Assembly (NCBI GenBank): GCA_019244185.1
Contig: JAFATB010000014.1
Location: 224,001 to 288,000 of the forward strand
DNA length: 64,000 bases
Direction: 5' to 3'
Origin: Acidobacteriota bacterium
GTDB lineage: Bacteria > Acidobacteriota > Thermoanaerobaculia > Gp7-AA8
Positions within the stretch are counted from its first letter, which is position 1; every line of letters begins with the position of its first letter. Shown here piece by piece: positions 8,455-18,245 of the stretch. Both the position numbers and the translations under genes were made by a program. The notes under the pieces were generated by a model. It worked only from the letters and a program-made list of their open reading frames with translations. It ran no database searches and was not told where the DNA came from.

Positions 8455-11242
8455 GCTCGCTCTCGCCTTCGCCTGCAGTGTCGTGCTCGCGGCCGCGCCG
8501 CAGCCTCCGATCGAACGCCACATCCGCACGCTCGCGGCGGACGACATGGAAGGCCGCGGCCTCGGCACGCAAGGCATCGGCAAGGCCGCGAGCTACATCG
8601 AAACGCAGCTGCGCGACGCGAGACTGCGTCCCGCGTTCGGCTCGTCGTACCGCCAGAAGTTCCCGGTGAAGATGGGCGTCGCGCTCGGCGCGAAGAACGC
8701 GATCGAAGGATTATCGGCGGACGACTGGACGCCGCTCGCGTTCTCCAGCGCCGGCTCGTTCGCGGGCCCGATCGCCTTCGTCGGCTACGGCATCGACGCG
8801 CCGCCGCTCGGCTACCTCGACTACGAAGGCATCGACCTCAAAGGCAAGGTCGCGCTGATGCTGCGCTACGAACCGCAGGAGCGCGACGACAACTCCGTCT
8901 TCGATGGCCGCAAGCCGAGCCGCTGGTCCGCGCTGCGCTACAAAGCGATGCAGGCGCGCGAGCGCGGCGCGGTCGCGGTCGTGTTCGTGACCGGGCCGCA
9001 GCAGGACGAAGACAAGGACAAGCTGCCCGCGCTCGTGAACGACGGTCCCGAATCCGCCGCGGGCATTCCGGTGCTGCAGGTGAAGACGTCCGTCGCGCAG
9101 CAGTGGGTCGATCTCGCCGGATTTCAGAAAGCCGTCGACGCCGACCTCAAGCCGCGCTCGCGCATTCTCGATCGCACGCTGAAAGGCAACGTCGACGTCG
9201 CCGCGAGCTACGTCGACGCGGAGAACGTCGCCGGCTTGCTCGCCGGACGCGGCAAGCTCGCGGACGAAGTGGTCGTCCTCGGTGCGCACTACGATCACCT
9301 CGGGTACGGCGGCAAGGGCTCGCTCAAGCCGAACGAGCACGCGATCCACAACGGCGCCGACGACAACGCGTCCGGCACCGCCGCGGTGCTCGTCGCCGCG
9401 CAGCGGCTAGGCGAGCTGCTGAAGGACGCGCGCGATCGCCGCACGATTCTCTTCGCGCTCTTTTCCGCCGAAGAAGTCGGCCTCGGCGGCTCCGCGTATC
9501 TCGTCGATCATCCGCCCGTGCCGCTCGACAAGATCGTGGCGATGGTGAATCTCGACATGGTCGGCGCGCTGCGCGACGACAAGCTCGTCGCGTTCGGCAC
9601 CGACTCCGCGCCGGAGTGGAAAGCGCTCGTCGATCGCGTCGGCGCGGACGCGAAGCTCGCGATGACGGAGAGCGGCGACGGCTACGGGCCGTCCGATCAG
9701 ACCAGCTTCTACGCGAAGCGCATCCCCGTGCTGCATTACTTCACCGGCACGCACGACCGCTATCACACGCCGGAAGACGACGCCGACGCGATCAACTTCG
9801 CGGGCGCGGCGCGCGTCGCCGAAGTCACCGCGCAGACCGTCGCGTCGATCGCGCGCGGCGACGTCACGCCGCACTACGCGCGCGTCGCCTCCGCTCCGGC
9901 GATGGAAGGCGACAGCCGCGGCTACGGCGCATACCTCGGCACGATCCCCGACTACAGCGCGATGGATGCGACCGAGGGCGGCGTCAAGCTCGCGGATGTC
10001 CGCGCGGGCGGACCGGCCGATCTCGCCGGCATCAAAGGCGGCGACGTGCTCGTCGAGATGGCCGGCACACGCATCGCGAACCTCTACGACATGACGTACG
10101 CGCTGCAGGATCATAAGCCGGGCGAGACGATCGACGTGGTCGTCGTCCGCAACGGCGCGCGCGTGCCGCTGCGCGCGACGCTCGGCTCGCGCGGCGCGCA
10201 GCCGGCGCCCGGCAGCGGCGCGCACGGCGTCATGCCGCTCGAGATCAAGGCGGGCAAGCCGTTCGACAAGACGTTCGACGGCGAGAAGCATCTGACGGAC
10301 GTCCGTCAGCTGACCTTCGGCGGCGAAAATGCCGAGGCGTACTTCAGCCCCGACGGAAGAAAGATCATCTATCAGTCCACCTCGGAGCGAGGCGGCTGCG
10401 ATCAGGAGTACGAGATGGATCTCGCCACCGGCGAGACGAAGCTCGTCTCGAGCGGGAAGGGACGCACGACCTGCGGCTATTTCTCGTATCCGAACGGCGA
10501 CCGCATCATCTACGCGTCGACGGAAGCGGCCGATCCCGGCTGCCCGCCGCCGCCCGACCGCTCGCGCGGCTACATCTGGGGCGTCTACAAAGGCTACGAC
10601 CTCTACATCGCGAACGCGGACGGCTCGAACAAGAAGCGGATCTCGCTGACGCCGGGCTACGACGCCGAGGCGACGTGGTGTCACAAAGGAGGCCGCATCA
10701 TCTTCACGTCCGTGCGCGACGGCGACCTCGACCTCTATTCGATGAACGAGGACGGCAGCGACGTGAAGCGCCTCACGAACACGGTCGGCTACGACGGCGG
10801 CGCGTTCTACAACGCGCAATGCACGGAGATCGTCTGGCGCGCGTCGCGCTTCACCGATCCCGCGGCGCTGGCCGAGTATCAGTCGCTGCTCGCCGACGGC
10901 TTCGTGAAGCCTTCGAAGATGGAGTTGTACGTCGCGAACGCGGACGGCTCGAACGCGCGGCAGCTCACCGCCAACGGCGCCGCGAACTTCTGCCCCTGGT
11001 TCATGCCCGATCAGAAGCGGATCATCTTCTCGTCGAACGTGCTCGACCCGCGCGGCCGCGAGTTCGATCTCTTCATCGTGAACAAGGACGGCAGCGGCAC
11101 GCCCGAGCGCGTAACCACCGCACCGGCTTTTGACGGTTTCCCGATCTTCAGCCCCGACGGCAAGTACATCGTGTGGGGCTCGAATCGCGCGAATCCCGAG
11201 GGACACGACACGAACCTCTTCATCGCGCGCTGGGTCGAGTGA
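8438..11242 (+). CDS. M28 peptidase (PA insert, PDZ) fused to a TolB-like PD40 beta-propeller
   Basis: GAHYDHLG, GADDNASG, AEE, NLDMVG, YHTPED; PDZ 'GGPADLAGIKGGD'; repeated FSPDG-type blades. Confidence 0.85.
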   Translation: MSSAGKLALAFACSVVLAAAPQPPIERHIRTLAADDMEGRGLGTQGIGKAASYIETQLRDARLRPAFGSSYRQKFPVKMGVALGAKNAIEGLSADDWTPLAFSSAGSFAGPIAFVGYGIDAPPLGYLDYEGIDLKGKVALMLRYEPQERDDNSVFDGRKPSRWSALRYKAMQARERGAVAVVFVTGPQQDEDKDKLPALVNDGPESAAGIPVLQVKTSVAQQWVDLAGFQKAVDADLKPRSRILDRTLKGNVDVAASYVDAENVAGLLAGRGKLADEVVVLGAHYDHLGYGGKGSLKPNEHAIHNGADDNASGTAAVLVAAQRLGELLKDARDRRTILFALFSAEEVGLGGSAYLVDHPPVPLDKIVAMVNLDMVGALRDDKLVAFGTDSAPEWKALVDRVGADAKLAMTESGDGYGPSDQTSFYAKRIPVLHYFTGTHDRYHTPEDDADAINFAGAARVAEVTAQTVASIARGDVTPHYARVASAPAMEGDSRGYGAYLGTIPDYSAMDATEGGVKLADVRAGGPADLAGIKGGDVLVEMAGTRIANLYDMTYALQDHKPGETIDVVVVRNGARVPLRATLGSRGAQPAPGSGAHGVMPLEIKAGKPFDKTFDGEKHLTDVRQLTFGGENAEAYFSPDGRKIIYQSTSERGGCDQEYEMDLATGETKLVSSGKGRTTCGYFSYPNGDRIIYASTEAADPGCPPPPDRSRGYIWGVYKGYDLYIANADGSNKKRISLTPGYDAEATWCHKGGRIIFTSVRDGDLDLYSMNEDGSDVKRLTNTVGYDGGAFYNAQCTEIVWRASRFTDPAALAEYQSLLADGFVKPSKMELYVANADGSNARQLTANGAANFCPWFMPDQKRIIFSSNVLDPRGREFDLFIVNKDGSGTPERVTTAPAFDGFPIFSPDGKYIVWGSNRANPEGHDTNLFIARWVE

Positions 11243-11251
11243 AGCGCGGCG

Positions 11252-11716
11252 TCAGCGCGTGATCGTGACCACGGTCGACGCGTTGGTCGCGGTCCCGCTG
11301 TCGTCGACCGCCTCGACGCGCAGCTCGGCCGAGACGCCGCCGAACAGGCGCTCGTCGGGCACGTCCTTGCGCGGCGCGAAGTGGTAGCGCGCCTCGCCGT
11401 TCGCGCCCAGCTGCGTGTTGAAGCCCATGCCCTGAATCTGGCTCGCGTCCCAGCTCTCGCGGCCGAGGGTGAGGCCGCCGGGAGCGAAGACCGTCGCGGA
11501 AACGCGCGTCACGTGGATCGGCCGACCGCCGGTCTCGCGCACGACGACGTCGAACGGGAACGTGTACGTGCTGCCGGAGACCAGGCTCGCGACGATCGGG
11601 TTCGGCACGACCTGCACCGCCACCGCGCCGTGGCCCGGCACGGCCGTCACGCCGCTGTGGCCGCCGCTGCAGGCGGCGAGGAGGAGCACGCAGAGGAAGA
11701 GCGCGTTGCGTTTCAT
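11252..11716 (-). CDS. hypothetical lipoprotein, beta-rich
   Basis: MKR + hydrophobic stretch + LAAC lipobox. Confidence 0.7.
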   Translation of the reverse strand: MKRNALFLCVLLLAACSGGHSGVTAVPGHGAVAVQVVPNPIVASLVSGSTYTFPFDVVVRETGGRPIHVTRVSATVFAPGGLTLGRESWDASQIQGMGFNTQLGANGEARYHFAPRKDVPDERLFGGVSAELRVEAVDDSGTATNASTVVTITR

Positions 11717-11755
11717 GCGCGGAACGAGTGCAAGGCAGACGCCGGGCGGGAGGCG

Positions 11756-11784
11756 TTGACGGCCTTAAGGGCGGACGGTAATCT
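11756..11784 (+). promoter_or_regulatory. sigma70-type promoter for the Cys-rich small-protein operon
   Basis: TTGACG-N17-TAATCT; palindrome CCTTAAGG in the spacer. Confidence 0.6.
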
Positions 11785-11803
11785 TTCCTCAAAGGCATCC
11801 AGA

Positions 11804-12139
11804 ATGAGATACGTCACCTATTGGTTCCTTGCCGTAATGGCGCTTTTCGCGGTCCCGATGTCGGCGGACGTCTGCGTCCGTTGCGTCGCGCGCAACTGCG
11901 TGGTCGACGTTCCGGGCGGTTACGTGCAGTGCATGAGCAACGGACGGGAGTGCATTTACTGGCAGGATTGCATCGGCACGACCGTGGCCGTGCCCGACGT
12001 GCCGCTGAAGGGTGAGCCGCCGCTCCGGCCGCAGTGGCGCGTGGCGTCCGTCGACGTCATTCCCGCGCCGCGGCAGCGCGCGCTGCGCTGGCAGCTCGCG
12101 GCCTCGACCTTCGCCGGGACGAGCTTCGCGCATCGATGA
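11804..12139 (+). CDS. small secreted six-Cys protein (111 aa)
   Basis: ATG 11804 follows the promoter; signal peptide; C-x2-C-x4-C-x10-C-x6-C-x5-C; ATGA overlap with next gene. Confidence 0.7.
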   Translation: MRYVTYWFLAVMALFAVPMSADVCVRCVARNCVVDVPGGYVQCMSNGRECIYWQDCIGTTVAVPDVPLKGEPPLRPQWRVASVDVIPAPRQRALRWQLAASTFAGTSFAHR

Positions 12140-14193
12140 TGCTGCTCTCCGCGCTCGTGCTGCTGGCCGCGAGCAGCCTCGCCGCGCCGGCGCCGGCTCC
12201 TGTCGCCGGTGAAGTGTGCGTGTTCGCCGGCACGCGACAGCTCGAATGCCGCACGACGTCTGCGCGCCGGTTCGAACTGCCGCGCAAGGATGGCTCGTCG
12301 TTCGTCTGGCATGACCGCGCCTGGACGGAGCTCGCCCTCGGCTCGCTGACAACCTCGCAGAGCGTGGTCGATCTCGACGCGCGCGACTGGCGCGGACACG
12401 CGGTCGCGTTGCGCGTTCTCGGCGACGAGCCACCCGAAAGCGCGACGCTCACCTTCGCGAACGTCGATGCGACGCTCACGCCGAAAGCGATCGCCTCGCT
12501 GCGCCGCCTCTGGCTGCCACGCCTCTCACTGCCGGGCACGGCCGGCACGCTGCTGTTGAGCGCCCCGCACTTTCGCGACGCCTCGCGCAACGTGAAGAAC
12601 GATACGGAAGGACTGGGCACGCTCGCGTTGCAACCGCTGCCGTCGCTGCGCGGCATCGTCGTCAACGCCGACGACAATCAGCCGCGCGGCGACGCGACGA
12701 TCGTGTCGCCGTCGAACGAGACGCTCGCGCGCGCGGGCATCGACGGCCGTTTCCGCGCATGGATCGAGAACGACTGGCCGCCCTTCGTGCGCGTGAGCGC
12801 GCCCGGCCGCGCGACGCTGCAGCTCGCAATTCCGAAAGTCGTCGCCGACGCCGACCTCGGCACCATCGCGCTCAATGCCGGCGGCGCGCTGCACGTCACG
12901 CTCGATGAGACCGCGCCGCTCGATCTGCGCGTGCTGCGCCGCAACGGGCGCACGTGGGACGAGGTCGCGGCGCGCACGCACGTGAGCGGCGCAACGGAGC
13001 TCGCGCAGCTCGAGGCGGGGAGCTACGCCGTCGTCGTGCGCGGCGACGGTCCGCTGCAGCGGCTCGCGCTCGAAACGAACGTGCGCGAAGGCGAGACGAC
13101 GGAGCTGCCGGTGAAGATCGAACCGGCGGAGCTGAACGTGTTCGTGCGCGGACAGGAACCGGGCAAGCCGGTGACGATTGCGCTCGGGCCGTCGAATCAG
13201 ACGTGGCAGACGTCGATCGCGACGGACAACGATGGCCGCGCGACGACGGAGCTGTGGCAGCGTGGCGAGTACGTCGGCTGGATCACCGCGGACGGCACGA
13301 TGCTGCCGCGCGTCGCGACGCTCGACGGCGCGCAGCGCATCGAGTGGACGATCGATCTGCCGCACGCGACGCTCGAAGGGCACGTCGTGGATGACGCGAA
13401 TCAGCCGGTGAGCGGCGCCGAGGTGCAGCTCGACACGCATGCCGAGGGTGCGGCGTCGACGCAGCGGGTCGAGACGACGGATGCGGCGGGCCACTTCGCG
13501 TTCGAGCGCGTCGCTACCGGCACGCAGACGCTCACCGCGACAGCCGAAGGTCATCTGCCGGCGACGACGTCGCTGCTCTTCGGCAGCGGCGAACAGCGCG
13601 AGTCGGTGACGCTGCGCATGCGCAACGGCGTCGCGCGCACGTTGCAGATCGTCGACGCGAATGGTGCGCCGGCCGCCGACGCGACCGTCGTCGACGAGAG
13701 CGGCTTCGAGAACGAGCGCCACACCGACGCGAACGGCTTCGTCACGTTCACGCTCAGCGCGGGCGAACAGAAGACGCTGTACGTGCTGCCGCGCAGCGGC
13801 TCGTTCGCGATCGTCGACGTCAGCGGCGATGCGAAGAACGCCAGCACTCCGCTGCGCGTGGTCGTGCCCGCGGGCGTCGCGGCGATTCGCGTCGCGGCGC
13901 AGACGACCGGCGGCGCGCCGATGACGAACGTCGCGTTCGCGCTGCGCGTCGGCGGACGCATGCTCTCGCCGATGATCCGCTCGGTGATGAGCAACCGCGC
14001 CGGCATTCCGATCCGCACCGGCGACGACGGCAGCGCGCTGCTCGTCGCGGTACCGGCCGGCGTGTACGAGCTGTGGCCGTACTTCACCGGCGACCAGCTG
14101 CGCGCGATCCTCGCCGGCACCACGCCGCCCGAGGCGCGGATCGTCGCGCAGCCGGGTCTCAATCAGGTCGCGTTTCGATTCGAGCGGCCGTAG
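12136..14193 (+). CDS. secreted protein with carboxypeptidase-regulatory-like beta-sandwich repeats
   Basis: Signal peptide; repeated 'G.VVD...PV.GA.V' and 'TD..G.F' motifs. Confidence 0.75.
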   Translation: MMLLSALVLLAASSLAAPAPAPVAGEVCVFAGTRQLECRTTSARRFELPRKDGSSFVWHDRAWTELALGSLTTSQSVVDLDARDWRGHAVALRVLGDEPPESATLTFANVDATLTPKAIASLRRLWLPRLSLPGTAGTLLLSAPHFRDASRNVKNDTEGLGTLALQPLPSLRGIVVNADDNQPRGDATIVSPSNETLARAGIDGRFRAWIENDWPPFVRVSAPGRATLQLAIPKVVADADLGTIALNAGGALHVTLDETAPLDLRVLRRNGRTWDEVAARTHVSGATELAQLEAGSYAVVVRGDGPLQRLALETNVREGETTELPVKIEPAELNVFVRGQEPGKPVTIALGPSNQTWQTSIATDNDGRATTELWQRGEYVGWITADGTMLPRVATLDGAQRIEWTIDLPHATLEGHVVDDANQPVSGAEVQLDTHAEGAASTQRVETTDAAGHFAFERVATGTQTLTATAEGHLPATTSLLFGSGEQRESVTLRMRNGVARTLQIVDANGAPAADATVVDESGFENERHTDANGFVTFTLSAGEQKTLYVLPRSGSFAIVDVSGDAKNASTPLRVVVPAGVAAIRVAAQTTGGAPMTNVAFALRVGGRMLSPMIRSVMSNRAGIPIRTGDDGSALLVAVPAGVYELWPYFTGDQLRAILAGTTPPEARIVAQPGLNQVAFRFERP

Positions 14194-14206
14194 GTTCGCT
14201 AGCCGT

Positions 14207-14725
14207 TCACTGCTGCAGCGTCACGACGCCGCACGCGATGCGCGGCCCCGCGTTGCCCGACGGCTGCGACTTCAGATCGTCCGTGCCGCCGTGCAGGATG
14301 AACGCGTGCCCGATCGCCGACGCCTCGCCGGCCGACAGCGTGATCGACTGCGTGGTCACGGTCGTGTGCACTTCGCCGTTCGCTTCGGCGGTGACGTTGC
14401 CGAAGTCGCCGGCGTGGTGCGGCATCATGTCCGGCGCGCCGTGCTGCATCGCGGTCGGGTTGAAGTGGCCGCCGGCGGCGTTGCCGTTGTCGCCGCAGTC
14501 GCCTTTCTCGTGAATGTGAAAGCCGTGCGTTCCCGGCGGCACGCCCATGAGATCGATCTTCATCTGCACGCCGCCCCCGGCGAGCTGCGTGAGCTTGACG
14601 GTGCCGTGCGCGTTCGAGCCGCTGGTCGGCGCGAGCGTCGCCAGCCCCACCGGCTGCGAGGTCGTCATGCAGGCGGCGGCGACGAGCAGGAGAAGTCCGA
14701 GGGAGAGCAGGGAGAGGTTCTTCAT
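14207..14725 (-). CDS. sodC: Cu/Zn superoxide dismutase, lipoprotein
   Basis: HGFHIH, GGHFNP, QHG, HAGD, ILH, GPRIAC all present; AAAC lipobox; AAGGAG RBS. Confidence 0.9.
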   Translation of the reverse strand: MKNLSLLSLGLLLLVAAACMTTSQPVGLATLAPTSGSNAHGTVKLTQLAGGGVQMKIDLMGVPPGTHGFHIHEKGDCGDNGNAAGGHFNPTAMQHGAPDMMPHHAGDFGNVTAEANGEVHTTVTTQSITLSAGEASAIGHAFILHGGTDDLKSQPSGNAGPRIACGVVTLQQ

Positions 14726-14769
14726 GAATGCTCCTTCCTTCCAATGATTACGATTCTCTGGCCGATGCA

Positions 14770-16197
14770 TCATTGTGACCACCGCGCCAGCGCGCGACCC
14801 ACGCCGCCCAGCCACCCGTTCGCGACGTCCTGATAGTAGAGCGACGCGGCTTTCTGCACGCCGTCGGCGAGCGACGGATACGGCGAGATCCGCTGCGCGA
14901 GGTCGCTGACCTTCATTCCATTGCGGCGCGCGAGCACGAGCTCCTCGATCACCGTCGATGCGTGCGTGCAGAGCGCGTGCGCGCCGAGGATGCGGCCTTT
15001 CGCATCGCAGACGATCTTCAGCAGGCCGGCGGATGCGCGATCGACGACGGCGCGGTCGACGTCGTGCAGCTCGGTCTTGAAGACGCGCACGCCGTCGCCG
15101 TGACGCGCGCGCGCCTCCGCTTCCGTCATGCCGGCACGCGCGGCCTCGGGATCGGTGTAGATCGCCCACGGAATGTCCGTGTAATCGACGGCAGACTTGC
15201 CGGGGAACAGCAGGTTGCGCACGAGCTTCACCGCCTCGTACGCGGCGACGTGCGTGAACTGCAGCCCGCCGTGCACGTCGCCGCACGCCCAGACGCGTGG
15301 CACCGAGGTCTGCAGAAACTTGTCGACGACGACGTACGAGCGTTCGACGTGCACGCCGGCCGCTTCGAGGCCGAGGTCCTCGGTATTGCCGCGGCGTCCC
15401 GATGCGACGAACAGCTCGTCGACGGCGAGCTCGCGCGACGGTCCGTCGTGATGTTCGATGCGCGCGAACTTCTTCACGCCGTCGCTGCGCACCGACTTCA
15501 CCGCGAAGCCGGTGATGATCTCGATGCCTTCCGCTTCGAGCAGCTCGCGCAGGCGCGCGACGATCTCCGCGTCTTCCTTCGCGAGGATGGTGTCGGCCAT
15601 CTCAACGACGGTGACGCGCGCGCCGAAGCGTGCGAAGACCTGCGCGAACTCGATGCCGATCGCGCCGCCGCCGAGAATCAGGAGCGACGCCGGAAAGTCA
15701 TCCTGCTGCAGAAACGAAACGTGGTCGAGAAAGCCGGCGTCGCGCAGACCGTCGACCGGCGGCACCGCGGTGCGCGAGCCGGTGGCGAGGACGACGTCTT
15801 TCGCGGTGATGCGGCGGCCGTCGACGTCGACTTCACCCGCGGCGACGAGTCGCGCGCGGCCGATGATGACGTCGATGCCGAGGGCGCGGAACTTCGCCGG
15901 ATCGTCGTGCGGCGCGATGGCGGCGCGCTGCGCGCGCATCGAGTCCATCACCGACTTCGGTGTGATCCGCGGCGCGACCGGCTCGAGGCCGAACGCATCC
16001 GCGTGACGCATCTGATGCGCGAGCTTCGCGGAGGCGACCAGCGCTTTCGTCGGCACGCAGCCGGTCCAGAGACAATCGCCGCCGAGGACCTCGCGTTCGA
16101 TGAGCGCGACCTTGCGCCCGAGCCGCGCGCAGCCGGAGGCGGTGACGAGGCCGGCGGTGCCGCCGCCGATGACGACGACGTCGTATTGCGCGGTCAT
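14770..16197 (-). CDS. class I pyridine nucleotide-disulfide oxidoreductase (MerA/Lpd-like)
   Basis: GGGTAG, GGDCLWTGCVP, GGGAIG, ACGD, YPS; no C-terminal Cys pair. Confidence 0.85.
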   Translation of the reverse strand: MTAQYDVVVIGGGTAGLVTASGCARLGRKVALIEREVLGGDCLWTGCVPTKALVASAKLAHQMRHADAFGLEPVAPRITPKSVMDSMRAQRAAIAPHDDPAKFRALGIDVIIGRARLVAAGEVDVDGRRITAKDVVLATGSRTAVPPVDGLRDAGFLDHVSFLQQDDFPASLLILGGGAIGIEFAQVFARFGARVTVVEMADTILAKEDAEIVARLRELLEAEGIEIITGFAVKSVRSDGVKKFARIEHHDGPSRELAVDELFVASGRRGNTEDLGLEAAGVHVERSYVVVDKFLQTSVPRVWACGDVHGGLQFTHVAAYEAVKLVRNLLFPGKSAVDYTDIPWAIYTDPEAARAGMTEAEARARHGDGVRVFKTELHDVDRAVVDRASAGLLKIVCDAKGRILGAHALCTHASTVIEELVLARRNGMKVSDLAQRISPYPSLADGVQKAASLYYQDVANGWLGGVGRALARWSQ

Positions 16198-16586
16198 GAG
16201 ACGTACACCGTCACCTTCCGCTCGCGCGGTCCATCGAGCTCGACGAAGTAGATCCCCTGCCACGTGCCCAGCACGAGCCTGCCGTTGCGATACGGCCACT
16301 GCAGCGAGCAGCCGATCATCATCGACAGCAGATGCGCGTCCGAGTTGCCTTCGCCGTGCGCGAACCGCACGTTCGGGATCATCGCGCGCAGCGCCTTCAC
16401 GAGATCGGCGGGGACGTCGGGATCCGCGTTCTCGTTGATGGAGATCGCGCACGTGGTGTGCGGCACGATGATGGTGCAGATGCCGTCGCGCGCGTCGAGC
16501 GCTTGCAGCGCGTCGTCGACTTCGCGCGTCACCAGCAGGATCTGCTCGCGCGCGCTCGTGCGCACGCGGAACGTCCGCTCTTGCAT
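16194..16586 (-). CDS. yjbQ: YjbQ/UPF0047 family protein
   Basis: PHTT, NENADPDV, HGEGNSDAH, LGTWQGIY, ELDGPR. Confidence 0.9.
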   Translation of the reverse strand: MQERTFRVRTSAREQILLVTREVDDALQALDARDGICTIIVPHTTCAISINENADPDVPADLVKALRAMIPNVRFAHGEGNSDAHLLSMMIGCSLQWPYRNGRLVLGTWQGIYFVELDGPRERKVTVYVS

Positions 16587-16628
16587 CGTGCGATCATATA
16601 ATTCCGGTTACAGCCGCACCCCCACGTC

Positions 16629-18245
16629 ATGGCCTTCTTCTGCATTCATTGCAAATCGGAAGTCGATCCGAAATTCAAGGCCTGTCCTTTCTGCGGCGAG
16701 CCGATCACCGAGTTCCTCCGCCGCTATCTCGAGACGCCGCTCGATGGGAAGTACCAGATCCTCTCGCGCCTCGGTGTCGGCGGCATGGGCGAGGTCTACA
16801 AGGTCCTCCACATCCATCTCAATGCCATTCGCGTCATCAAGCTGATGCGCGCGAACATCGCCACCGATCCCGCGGCGCACGAGCGCTTCCTGCGCGAGGC
16901 ACGGCTGGCGACGAAGATCCATCACCCGAACGTCGCCACGCTCTTCGACTTCTCGACGCTCGACGAGACCTCGCGCTACATGGTCTGGGAGTACATCGAG
17001 GGGATCAATCTCCACGAACTCATCGACCAGCGCGGGCCGCTCTCGCCGCGCTACGCCGCACGCCTCGCTGTCGAGGCGCTGCACGGCCTCGACGCCATTC
17101 ATCGCGCCGGCATCGTGCACCGCGACGTCAGCCCCGAGAACCTCATGATCACGCGCGATGATGAAGGCGACGAGCGCGTGAAGATCATCGACCTCGGCAT
17201 CGCCAAAGGCTCCGGCGCCGAGGACAACAAGACCAAGACGGGGATGTTCGTCGGCAAGTGGAAGTACTGCTCGCCCGAGCACCTCGGCATGCTGCCGCCC
17301 GGCGAGCGCATCGACGGCCGCGCGGATCTCTATTCGTTCGGCATCGTCTTCTACGAGATGCTCACCGGCGTGCCGCCGTTCCAGGCCGACACGCCGCACG
17401 CGTTTCTGATGATGCACGCCTCGCAGCGGCCGCGCGCGCTGCGCGAGACGAATCCCGGCATCGCCGTGCCGCCGGAGCTCGAGGCGCTGATCTTCCGAGC
17501 GCTGGAGAAGGATCGGAACAACCGCTTCGCGAGCGCGCGCGAGTTCGCGACCGCCATCGAGCGCATCGCGCCGTCGCTCTCCGATGAGGCGGGCGCGCCG
17601 CCGCCGTTGCCCGCGAGCGCGGAGCTGACCGACAACGCGACGCGCATGTCGGCGCGCGAACCGAACGACGTCGCCACGGTGATGTCCGTCGCCAGTCACG
17701 CGCCGACGGTCGCCACGGAACGCCCGACAGCCGCCGCTGCCGAACGCGCGCAACCGGCCGCGCAACGCACGCTGCATCGCGTGCCGCCGGCGGAGGAAGC
17801 GCCGCAGCCGTCGGCGCGGCGCGGCGGATTGTTCGTCGCGGCGATCGTGCTCGTCCTGCTCGCGCTCGGCGCGTTTGCATGGATGAAGATGCGTGGCGGC
17901 GATGCGAAGCCCGACGTTGCCGCGCCACCGCTCGCCGCGGCGGCCGTGCCGTCGCCTGCCATCGCCGCGGCGCCGGGACACTTGGGTATCAATGCATTCC
18001 CGTGGGCGAACGTCACCAGCATCCGCAATCTCGACCGCAATGAGAACGTGGAGGTCGGCGCGCTGGTCACGCCGGCGCCGGTCGATCTGCCGCCGGGGCG
18101 CTACGAGGTCACGCTTTCGAACCCGAACTTTCCCGCGCCGATCACGCGCACGGTGAACGTCGCCGCCGGACGCGATGCGACGCTCAGCGTGCAGTTCGCC
18201 GATCCGGCCAGCGCCGCGCTGCCCGACTTCGGAGCGGCGCGATGA
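16629..18245 (+). CDS. membrane Hanks-type Ser/Thr kinase with N-terminal zinc ribbon and PEGA-like extracellular tail
   Basis: CIHC..CPFC; LGVGGMGEVY, HRDVSPEN, DLG, SPE, DLYSFG; one TM segment. Confidence 0.9.
   Translation: MAFFCIHCKSEVDPKFKACPFCGEPITEFLRRYLETPLDGKYQILSRLGVGGMGEVYKVLHIHLNAIRVIKLMRANIATDPAAHERFLREARLATKIHHPNVATLFDFSTLDETSRYMVWEYIEGINLHELIDQRGPLSPRYAARLAVEALHGLDAIHRAGIVHRDVSPENLMITRDDEGDERVKIIDLGIAKGSGAEDNKTKTGMFVGKWKYCSPEHLGMLPPGERIDGRADLYSFGIVFYEMLTGVPPFQADTPHAFLMMHASQRPRALRETNPGIAVPPELEALIFRALEKDRNNRFASAREFATAIERIAPSLSDEAGAPPPLPASAELTDNATRMSAREPNDVATVMSVASHAPTVATERPTAAAAERAQPAAQRTLHRVPPAEEAPQPSARRGGLFVAAIVLVLLALGAFAWMKMRGGDAKPDVAAPPLAAAAVPSPAIAAAPGHLGINAFPWANVTSIRNLDRNENVEVGALVTPAPVDLPPGRYEVTLSNPNFPAPITRTVNVAAGRDATLSVQFADPASAALPDFGAAR

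Noticed and set aside
11804-12139. RiPP precursor
   Set aside because: Sec-type signal peptide and no modifying enzyme, dedicated peptidase or exporter in its operon; disulfides are the simpler reading
14770-16197. Mercuric reductase (merA)
   Set aside because: No C-terminal Cys pair, no HMA domain and no mer genes nearby
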